This document shows, piece by piece, positions 25,474-32,000 of a DNA stretch of 32,000 nucleotides. The position numbers were made by a program, and so were the translations under genes. Source of the DNA: Thermodesulfobacterium commune DSM 2178 (GTDB lineage: Bacteria > Desulfobacterota > Thermodesulfobacteria > Thermodesulfobacteriales > Thermodesulfobacteriaceae); contig NZ_CP008796.1 of NCBI RefSeq assembly GCF_000734015.1, forward strand, positions 1,350,001-1,382,000, read 5' to 3'. Each line of letters opens with the position of its first letter. The first letter of the stretch is position 1. The notes under the pieces were generated by a model, which saw nothing but the letters and a program-made list of their open reading frames with translations, was not told the origin of the DNA and did no database searches.

Positions 25474-25528
25474 TAAAGCAACCTAAGGCAAGATACTGTG
25501 AAAAAAATAACTTAAAGAGGGGAATAAG

Positions 25529-27622
25529 ATGCTGGATTTTATCTTTAAACCTGAGAGTATCGCGGTGGTAGGTGCCTCTGAAGAAGAAAAAAAGATCGGT
25601 CATGTTATCCTAAAAAACCTTTTAACCCAAGGCTATGCAGGCAAGCTCTTTCCGATAAACCCAAAACGCAAAGAAATATTAGGACTTAAGTGTTATCCCT
25701 CGGTTTCTGCAGTAGGAGAAAAAATAGATTTAGCTGTGATTGTAGTTCCGGCCAAAGTAGTACCTTCGGTTATAAAAGATTGCGGAGAAGCTGGGGTTAA
25801 AGGAGTAGTTGTTATTACTGCAGGATTTAAAGAAACTGGAGAAGAGGGAGCCAAGCTTGAAAGGGAGATTTTAGACCTCATCAAAAAGTATGGGATAAGG
25901 ATGATTGGGCCTAATTGTTTAGGGGTAATAAATACAGAGTTAGGTATGAATGCAACTTTTGCTCCAGAGCTACCTCCTAAAGGAAGGGTTTCTTTCTTTT
26001 CTCAGTCTGGAGCCTTAGGGGTAGCTTTAATAGATTGGGCTATAGGTAGTGGTTTTGGTTTTGGAAAATTTGTTAGTTTTGGTAACAAAGCTGACCTAAA
26101 CGAAACAGACTTTTTGGAGTACTTTGGAGAAGACGAAGATACAGACATTATCCTTGGATATATAGAGGATGTTAAAGACGGAAAACGTTTTATAGAAGTA
26201 GCAAAAAGAGTAGCTAAGAAAAAACCTGTTATCCTCATAAAATCTGGTGCAACAGAGGCTGGTGCCAGAGCAGCTTCCTCTCATACAGGGGCTTTAGCTG
26301 GATCAGACAGAGCCTTTACAGAAGCTTTTAGAAAGGCTGGAGTTATAAGGGTAGAAGGAATAAAAGAACTTTTTGAGGTAGCAGAAGTTTTTAAAAGCGG
26401 AAAGTTTCCTTCAGGGGAAAAACTGCTTATCGTGACCAACGCAGGTGGGCCAGGGATTATCGCTGCAGATACTGCAGAAAAAAATGGATTAAAACTATAT
26501 CCTATGTCAAAAGAATCTATCGAATACTTAGCAGAAAAGCTACCTCCTACAGCTGCCCTTTACAACCCTGTAGACGTAATAGGAGATGCGACCTCAGAAA
26601 GATATGCGGTAGTTTTAGAAAGGGCAATGGTTGATCCTAACGTAGACGGGGTTTGTGTAATCCTTACTCCTCAGGCGGTGACAGATGTAGAAAATGTAGC
26701 AAAGATAATGTTAGAAAAAAGTAAAGAGACAGAAAAACCCTTTGTAGGTTGTTTCATAGGAGGACCCAAAGTCAGAGAAGCAACCTCTTACTTAAAGACA
26801 AACAACATAGCTTGTTATGAAGACCCACTAATAGCTATAAATGCCTACAGTAAGTTAGTACATTACGTCAAATACAAACACAGGGAAGAAGATGAATACA
26901 TAAAATTTCCTATCTCCGAAGAAGTTAAAAAAGAAATAGGATTGATGCTTGAAGCACTTAGAGATGCTGGGGTAAGTGTAATAGGAGAAGAAAATGCCAT
27001 GAAAATATTAAGTCTTTATGGGATAGAGTTTCCCAAAAGAGGGCTTGCCAGAACTGCTGATGAAGCAGTTAGGATAGCAGAACAAATAGGTTATCCGGTA
27101 GTTATGAAGATCAGCTCCCCCCATATCATCCATAAAACTGATGTAGGGGGGGTAAAAATAGGTCTTAAAGACGAAAAAGAAGTAAGAGAAGCCTTTCTTG
27201 AGATGACGATAAATGTTAAAAGGGCCATGCCTGGGGCGTATATCAAAGGGGTTAACATTTACGAAATGGTAACCGGAGGGAAAGAGGTTATCTTAGGGGT
27301 ATCTTACGATAATACCTTTGGTCATATGATAATGTTTGGATTAGGTGGGGTTTATGTGGAGGTGCTAAAGGATGTAAGTTTTAGGCTTACACCTGTAGGT
27401 AAAAGAGAAGCTTACGAAATGATAGAAGAAATAAAAGGGAAAAAACTCTTAGAAGGAGTGAGAGGAGAAAAACCCTGTGATAAAGACGCTATAGTAGATA
27501 AAATCCTAAGATTATCTCAGCTGGTTGAAGAGTTTCCTATTATAAAAGAGATAGATATTAACCCTTATTTAGTAAAAGAAGTAGGAGGTGTAGCTTTAGA
27601 TGCAAGGATTATCATAGGGTGA
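25529..27622 (+). CDS. Acetyl-CoA synthetase (ADP-forming), fused alpha/beta (acetate--CoA ligase, NDP-forming family)
   Basis: 697-aa ORF. It has a CoA-binding start (PESIAVVGASEEEKKIGHVILKNL), a succinyl-CoA-synthetase-like ligase domain (GPNCLGV, SQSGALG) and a C-terminal ATP-grasp (YPVVMKISSPHIIHKTDVGGVKIGL). No GNAT domain is present, so it is not Pat. Confidence 0.85.
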   Translation: MLDFIFKPESIAVVGASEEEKKIGHVILKNLLTQGYAGKLFPINPKRKEILGLKCYPSVSAVGEKIDLAVIVVPAKVVPSVIKDCGEAGVKGVVVITAGFKETGEEGAKLEREILDLIKKYGIRMIGPNCLGVINTELGMNATFAPELPPKGRVSFFSQSGALGVALIDWAIGSGFGFGKFVSFGNKADLNETDFLEYFGEDEDTDIILGYIEDVKDGKRFIEVAKRVAKKKPVILIKSGATEAGARAASSHTGALAGSDRAFTEAFRKAGVIRVEGIKELFEVAEVFKSGKFPSGEKLLIVTNAGGPGIIAADTAEKNGLKLYPMSKESIEYLAEKLPPTAALYNPVDVIGDATSERYAVVLERAMVDPNVDGVCVILTPQAVTDVENVAKIMLEKSKETEKPFVGCFIGGPKVREATSYLKTNNIACYEDPLIAINAYSKLVHYVKYKHREEDEYIKFPISEEVKKEIGLMLEALRDAGVSVIGEENAMKILSLYGIEFPKRGLARTADEAVRIAEQIGYPVVMKISSPHIIHKTDVGGVKIGLKDEKEVREAFLEMTINVKRAMPGAYIKGVNIYEMVTGGKEVILGVSYDNTFGHMIMFGLGGVYVEVLKDVSFRLTPVGKREAYEMIEEIKGKKLLEGVRGEKPCDKDAIVDKILRLSQLVEEFPIIKEIDINPYLVKEVGGVALDARIIIG

Positions 27623-27667
27623 TACCCGTTGAAGCTTAAAAATCGAAAAAAACAAGGGGGTAAGGAG

Positions 27668-28735
27668 ATGAAAACCATATTTTTGGTATCAAACAAACCG
27701 TTTACCGGAAGAAACGTTTTAGCCTTAGGCCTTGCTCTAAACCTGAAAGAAAAAGGAAGTAAAGTGGGTTATATGAAGTTGATAGGCAAGGTGCCTGTCA
27801 AGGTAGGAGATAAAATTCTTGATGAAGAGGCGATGTTTATCCATAAAGTCTTAGAGCTTGAGGACCCTGTAGAATGGTCCTGCCCGTTTGTGTTTACCTA
27901 TGATGTACAGTACAAACTGTTTGAAGGAGAAGACATATCTGTAGACCAGCAGATAAGAGAGGTTATAAAAAAACAGGCTGAACTTAAGGATTACCTTTTT
28001 GTGGTTGGAGGAGACAACATTTTTGAAGGCTACAGCCTTGGGATAGATAGCTTTCATTTAATAAAAGAATTAAAGGGTAAGGGGTTAATAGTTCAGCTTT
28101 GGGATGGAGAGACCTCGGTGGACGATATTTTAGGAATAAAAGAGCTTTTAGGAGAAAGTTTTGCTGGTGCGGTGATAAACAAGGTCCCTGTTGAGGAATA
28201 TCCTTATGTAAAGGAGAAGGTGGTTCCATACTTAGAGGGTAAGGGTATAGAGGTTTTAGGGGTTTTCAAGAAGGACAAGTTGCTTGAGGCAGTAACGGTT
28301 AGGACGCTACTTGAGGTGGTTAACGGGGGTATTGTGTGTTGTGAGGACAAGCTTGATGAGTTTGTAGAGAACATTACGATAGGTGCGATGGACCCTGAGA
28401 ATGCGATGAGGTATTTTTTAAGGATACCTAACAAGTTAGTGATAACAGGGGTAAACAGGACAGACATTCAGATTTTAGCTTTAGAGACTTCTACCAAGTG
28501 TTTACTTTTGACAGGGGGTTTGTATCCAAGCGAGATGGTGGTAAACATAGCTAAGACAAAGGGAGTGCCAGTTGTGGTGACCTCTCTTGATACCTTCTCG
28601 GCAGTTGAAAAAATACAGGCCTTAGTAGGAAAAGCCATTTTAAAAGAAAAAGGTAAAGCCCTAAGAGCTAAAGACCTGGTAGCTAAGAATTTCAACTTGG
28701 AAAGGTTTTTAGCAAAAGTTCTTAATAATAAATGA
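27668..28735 (+). CDS. Stand-alone phosphotransacetylase N-terminal-like protein (P-loop-like/CobQ-type fold plus DRTGG domain, no PTA_PTB catalytic domain)
   Basis: The track ORF starts at TTG 27629. I prefer ATG 27668, which is preceded by GGGGGTAAGGAG, giving 355 aa. MKTIFLVSNKPFTGRNVLALGLA resembles the N-terminal domain of long (E. coli-type) Pta. LVITGVNRTDIQILALETSTKCLLLTGG...GVPVVVTSLDTF resembles the DRTGG domain. Confidence 0.6.
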   Translation: MKTIFLVSNKPFTGRNVLALGLALNLKEKGSKVGYMKLIGKVPVKVGDKILDEEAMFIHKVLELEDPVEWSCPFVFTYDVQYKLFEGEDISVDQQIREVIKKQAELKDYLFVVGGDNIFEGYSLGIDSFHLIKELKGKGLIVQLWDGETSVDDILGIKELLGESFAGAVINKVPVEEYPYVKEKVVPYLEGKGIEVLGVFKKDKLLEAVTVRTLLEVVNGGIVCCEDKLDEFVENITIGAMDPENAMRYFLRIPNKLVITGVNRTDIQILALETSTKCLLLTGGLYPSEMVVNIAKTKGVPVVVTSLDTFSAVEKIQALVGKAILKEKGKALRAKDLVAKNFNLERFLAKVLNNK

Positions 28736-28782
28736 ACAATAATATAAATAAATATAATAAAAATACTAAAACGAGGTGGGAC

Positions 28783-29331
28783 ATGGTTGAGATTAGATTG
28801 CATGGAAGAGGTGGGCAGGGGGCAGTTACCTCTGCTGAGCTTATCGCGGTTGCTGCCATCTCCCAGGGAGATTATGCCCAAGCCTTCCCAAGTTTTGGCC
28901 CTGAAAGAAGGGGAGCTCCTGTTCAAGCCTTCGCAAGAATCGACAAAAACCCTATCCGCTCAAGAGAAAAAATCTATGAACCTGACGTAATCCTCGTCCT
29001 TGACCCTACCCTACCCAAAATCGTTAACGTAACCCAAGGCCTTAAACCCTCTGGTATCGCCATCCTTAACTCCCATCTCCCTGAACCTGAACTCCGTAAA
29101 CTCCTTCATAACTTCCAGGGTAAAATCGCTGTCGTTGATGCTACCAAAATCGCCATCGAAGAACTGGGACTACCCATCACCAACACCACCATGCTCGGTG
29201 CCTTCCTTAAAGCTACAGGTCTTGTCTCTCTTGATGCCATCGAACAAGCTATCACCGCACGCTTCGGTCGCTTAGCCGAAAAAAACATCAAAGCCCTCAA
29301 AAGGGCTATCGATGAAACCAAAATCTATTAA
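28783..29331 (+). CDS. porC: Pyruvate/2-oxoacid:ferredoxin oxidoreductase, gamma subunit
   Basis: The track ORF starts at 28732. ATG 28783 follows GAGGTGGG and gives the canonical start MVEIRLHGRGGQGAVTSAELIA...FPSFGPERRGAP. 182 aa. Confidence 0.85.
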   Translation: MVEIRLHGRGGQGAVTSAELIAVAAISQGDYAQAFPSFGPERRGAPVQAFARIDKNPIRSREKIYEPDVILVLDPTLPKIVNVTQGLKPSGIAILNSHLPEPELRKLLHNFQGKIAVVDATKIAIEELGLPITNTTMLGAFLKATGLVSLDAIEQAITARFGRLAEKNIKALKRAIDETKIY

Positions 29332-29344
29332 AAGGAGTCAAGCC

Positions 29345-29638
29345 ATGCCAAAAGATCAGGGTCTTATGAGCTGGAAAGAACTTGCACCTGGTATGTATAT
29401 CCTCGAACCAGGCAACTCTAAAAAATTTAAAACCGGTGACTGGAGAGCCTTTAGGCCTGTCCTTGACAAAGATAAATGCATCAAATGCGGTATGTGCTAC
29501 ATCCTATGCCCTGACATCTGCTATCAACAAGACCAGGATGGCTTCTTCACCTGTAATCTTTTCTACTGCAAAGGCTGCGGCATCTGTGCCGCTAACTGCC
29601 CTAAAAAAGCCATTACTATGGTCTTAGAGGAGGAATAA
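29345..29638 (+). CDS. porD: Pyruvate/2-oxoacid:ferredoxin oxidoreductase, delta subunit (2x[4Fe-4S])
   Basis: ATG 29345 follows AAAGGAG. It has KTGDWRAFRPVLDKDKCIKCGMCYILCPD and CKGCGICAANCP. 97 aa. Confidence 0.85.
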   Translation: MPKDQGLMSWKELAPGMYILEPGNSKKFKTGDWRAFRPVLDKDKCIKCGMCYILCPDICYQQDQDGFFTCNLFYCKGCGICAANCPKKAITMVLEEE

Positions 29639-29639
29639 C

Positions 29640-30809
29640 ATGACTAAAAAAGTCGCCAAAGAAGTCTCTGTTGCCGTGGCTGAGGCTGTCGCACAATGCA
29701 ACGTAGACGTCATCTCAGCCTACCCCATTACCCCTCAAACCCACATCGTAGAACACCTCGCTGAACTTGTTAACAACGGCGAACTCGATGCCGAATACAT
29801 CCCTGTTGAATCAGAACACGCTGCCATGAGTGCCTGCATCGGGGCTGCTGCAACAGGTGCTCGTACCTTTACCTCCACCTCCTCACAAGGCCTGCTCCTC
29901 ATGTATGAAAACCTCTTCATCGCATCCGGTCTGCGCCTCCCTATCGTCATGGCTCTTGTCAACCGCTCAGTCTCAGCACCTATCAGCATCTGGAACGACC
30001 ACTCTGATGTGATGTCCATGAGAGATGCTGGCTGGATCCATTTCTTTGCTGAAAACGGTCAAGAAGCCGTTGACCTCATCTACCATGCCTATAAAGTCGC
30101 CGAAAAAGCCCTGCTTCCTGTTGCCGTAAACATCGATGGATTCATCCTCTCCCATGTGGTCGAACCTGTCACCTTCTTAGACCAAAACTTACTCGATAAA
30201 TACCTACCACCCCTTAAAATGAAATACAAACTTGACCCCAAAAACCCTATAACCATAGGTGCTATCGGTGTCCCTGAAATCTATACTGAAGCTAAAAAAG
30301 CTCAGGATGAGGCCCTTAAAGCCAGCTATAAAATAATCCTTCAAGCCTGGAAAGATTTCGAAAAACTTACCGGAAGAAGGTATCTCCCTGTTGAAACCTA
30401 TCAGATGGAAGATGCTGAGGTAGCTATCGTCATCATGGGTAGCCTTGCTGAAAACGCCATGAATGCCGTTGATATCCTCAGGGCTAAAGGTAAAAAAGTA
30501 GGAGTGGTAAGAATCAGACTCTGGAGACCCTTCCCTACCAAAGACTTCCTCAAAGCCATCGGTAAAGTCAAAGCCCTTTGCGTGGTTGACAGGGCTGTCA
30601 GTCATGCCTCAACCGGTGGACCCGTAGGCATAGAAGTACGCTCTGCCCTATATCAGTCCAACAAAAGACCTCGTGTCCTTAACCTGATTGCCGGTCTTAG
30701 CGGTAGAGATGTTACCAAAGAAGACTTTGTTGAAATCTTCGAAAAAACCTTTGAAACCTTAAGTAAAAAACCAACCACACCATATGAAATCTACGGTGTA
30801 AAGGAGTAA
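29640..30809 (+). CDS. porA: Pyruvate/2-oxoacid:ferredoxin oxidoreductase, alpha subunit
   Basis: 389-aa ORF with the AYPITPQT, ESEHAAMSACIGAAATGARTFTSTSSQGL and RIRLWRPFP blocks. Confidence 0.9.
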   Translation: MTKKVAKEVSVAVAEAVAQCNVDVISAYPITPQTHIVEHLAELVNNGELDAEYIPVESEHAAMSACIGAAATGARTFTSTSSQGLLLMYENLFIASGLRLPIVMALVNRSVSAPISIWNDHSDVMSMRDAGWIHFFAENGQEAVDLIYHAYKVAEKALLPVAVNIDGFILSHVVEPVTFLDQNLLDKYLPPLKMKYKLDPKNPITIGAIGVPEIYTEAKKAQDEALKASYKIILQAWKDFEKLTGRRYLPVETYQMEDAEVAIVIMGSLAENAMNAVDILRAKGKKVGVVRIRLWRPFPTKDFLKAIGKVKALCVVDRAVSHASTGGPVGIEVRSALYQSNKRPRVLNLIAGLSGRDVTKEDFVEIFEKTFETLSKKPTTPYEIYGVKE

Positions 30810-30813
30810 GCCT

Positions 30814-31785
30814 ATGAGACCAGAACTCAAAAACTTTAAAGGTTTTACCTTAAAAAACTTACCTGAATATGAAGGCTTTGCTCAGGGCCATAGAGCCTGC
30901 CAGGGTTGTGGCACCGTGCTTCCTCTAAGGCTCGCCCTAAAGGCTCTTGGTCCCAATACCATCGCTGTCACTGCAACAGGTTGCATGGAAATCGTCTCAA
31001 GCCCCTTCCCCTATACCTCCTGGAATGTACCCTGGATCCATGTTGCCTTCGAAAACTCCGCCACCGTTGCCTCAGGTATCGAGGCTGCCATCAAAGCTCT
31101 TAAACGTAAAGGCAAACTTAAATCCAAAGAAAAAATAAATGTGGTCGTGTTTGCAGGAGATGGAGCTACCTTTGACATAGGGCTTCAGTGGCTCTCAGGT
31201 GCCCTTGAAAGAGGTCATGACTTTATCTACATCTGCCTTGATAACGAGGCCTACATGAATACAGGGGTGCAAAGGTCTGGAGCTACCCCCTTCGGGGCAC
31301 ACACCACCACAAGCCCTGCAGGTAAAGTCGTCAAAGGTCAAACCACCTGGAAAAAAAACCTGATGGGTATCGTGGTAGCTCACAACATACCCTATGCCGC
31401 AACCGCAAACCCTGCCTTCCCTATCGACCTCATGAATAAAGTCAAAAAAGCAGCCTTAATAAACGGACCTGCTTTTATCCATGTCTATGCAACCTGCCCC
31501 ACCGGATGGGGGACCAAAAGCGAAGACAGCCTTCTTGTAGCTAAACTTGCCGTAGAAACAAGGGTCTTTCCTCTCTATGAAGTCATAGACGGAAAATACA
31601 TCATCAACCGTAAAGTCGATAAACCTAAACCTGTAGAAGAATATCTCAAGCTCCAAAGAAGATTCAGACACCTTACCCCTGAACAAATAGCCTACATCCA
31701 GGAGAGAGTAAACCAGGAATACGAAAAACTTCTTAAACTAGCTGAATGCTTCGGTGAACCCCAAACAGAACAAAAAGATGAGTAA
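30814..31785 (+). CDS. porB: Pyruvate/2-oxoacid:ferredoxin oxidoreductase, beta subunit (TPP-binding)
   Basis: 323-aa ORF with GHRACQGCG, GDGATFDIGLQ and ICLDNEAYMNTGVQRS (TPP and [4Fe-4S] region). Confidence 0.9.
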   Translation: MRPELKNFKGFTLKNLPEYEGFAQGHRACQGCGTVLPLRLALKALGPNTIAVTATGCMEIVSSPFPYTSWNVPWIHVAFENSATVASGIEAAIKALKRKGKLKSKEKINVVVFAGDGATFDIGLQWLSGALERGHDFIYICLDNEAYMNTGVQRSGATPFGAHTTTSPAGKVVKGQTTWKKNLMGIVVAHNIPYAATANPAFPIDLMNKVKKAALINGPAFIHVYATCPTGWGTKSEDSLLVAKLAVETRVFPLYEVIDGKYIINRKVDKPKPVEEYLKLQRRFRHLTPEQIAYIQERVNQEYEKLLKLAECFGEPQTEQKDE

Positions 31786-31788
31786 GGT

Positions 31789-32000
31789 ATGAGAATTAAC
31801 CTTTTAGACAAAGCAAAAAAACTTAAAAACTTAGGAGCTCGCTATATTACAACGGTTGCCTATCTAAACCCTGATACCGGTGACAAAGTAGTAGTAACAC
31901 ATCTTTTTGATTTAAACGGTAAACTTGAAGAACTAACCTATGAAGCAGAATTTTCGGAAACTTTAGAGAGTATAAAAGAAGTATATCCTGCGGTTGAATG
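31789..32000 (+). CDS. 5' end of a NuoC/30-kDa-subunit-like gene (possibly part of a membrane-bound hydrogenase or complex-I-like module); runs off the right edge
   Basis: Not in the track because there is no stop. ATG 31789 gives MRINLLDKAKKLKNLGARYITTVAYLNPDTGDKVVVTHLFDLNGKLEELTYEAEFSETLESIKEVYPAVE. The ...S....YP.A.W(ERE) ending and layout resemble NuoC/HycE-N-type proteins. Only 70 aa are visible. Confidence 0.35.
   Translation, partial: MRINLLDKAKKLKNLGARYITTVAYLNPDTGDKVVVTHLFDLNGKLEELTYEAEFSETLESIKEVYPAVE

Noticed and set aside
24579-25528. A sigma-54 promoter for the lactate or acd operons, by analogy with sigma-54 control of lactate genes in Desulfovibrio
   Set aside because: I scanned both strands for GG-N10-GC in a TGGCAC/TTGC context. 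The nearest candidates (for example TTGGCAGTTTAGGGTT on the minus strand near 24800) lack the -12 GC at the right spacing. Sigma-70-like -35/-10 pairs fit better.
24579-25528. The idea that the 950-bp gap encodes a large structured ncRNA
   Set aside because: The region is extremely AT-rich with no extended GC-rich helices. In an AT-rich thermophile, structured RNAs normally stand out as GC-rich. I can support only short palindromes, so I left it as an open question rather than a feature.
27629-27667. N-terminal extensions proposed by the ORF track: TTG 27629 for the DRTGG protein, 28732 for porC, 29312 for porD and 15333 for the secreted protein
   Set aside because: Internal ATGs are preceded by strong SD sequences (GGGGGTAAGGAG, GAGGTGGG, AAAGGAG) or give a canonical family N terminus or signal peptide. 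The extensions would overlap upstream genes or add low-complexity tails.
28468-28926. 152-aa minus-strand ORF spanning the DRTGG-gene / porC junction
   Set aside because: It is antisense to two well-supported plus-strand genes and crosses their intergenic region. The sequence is low-complexity and lacks an SD.
29382-31686. Numerous ORFs of 60-133 aa in alternative frames and strands across the por genes (for example 29735-30019, 30204-30605, 30906-31138, 31195-31383, 31456-31686)
   Set aside because: They are artefacts of the C-ending codon bias of the por genes, which leaves few stop codons in the other frames. All are nested inside well-supported por CDSs.

Overview
This is a densely coding, AT-rich bacterial chromosome segment. 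The proteins are rich in K, E, I and V, which looks thermophile-like. The metabolism resembles anaerobic sulfate-reducer-type bacteria; a Thermodesulfobacteriota-like origin is only a guess. Left part (minus strand): trpE' (partial), hisS, a CoA-disulfide-reductase/rhodanese fusion, feoB and an M24 aminopeptidase, several linked by overlapping start and stop codons. Next comes a 13-repeat CRISPR array (6859-7792, 35-nt repeat ending ATTGCGAC, leader on the left). No cas gene occurs anywhere in the 32 kb. Middle: a small ORF coupled to a flavoprotein gene; a tight minus-strand string of CDF exporter, DUF763-like protein, NrdG-type radical-SAM activase and thiE; and a ZraSR-like sensor kinase with a sigma-54 activator. 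Convergent to these lies a Spy/ZraP-like periplasmic protein gene with a candidate -24/-12 promoter and two upstream palindromes. Right half is a lactate-to-acetate island. It holds an FMN-dependent 2-hydroxyacid dehydrogenase and a minus-strand operon lctP-glcD-glcF-lutC-lutB/A-PPC protein, in which the lutB/A fusion is broken by a 1-nt frameshift. A 950-bp gene-free AT-rich spacer follows, then a plus-strand operon: ADP-forming acetyl-CoA synthetase, a stand-alone Pta-N-terminal/DRTGG protein, four-subunit pyruvate:ferredoxin oxidoreductase (gamma, delta, alpha, beta) and the start of a NuoC-like gene. The observations most worth follow-up are these: the cas-less array with pyrimidine-biased spacers and two spacers against homologous targets; the frameshifted lutBA; a terminator embedded in a signal-peptide coding region; the ACD plus orphan Pta regulatory domain pairing; the DUF763/radical-SAM cluster; and a sharply bounded codon-usage island over por. 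I found no clearly novel multi-gene system beyond these. All homology calls come from reading the translations and need HMM or BLAST confirmation.
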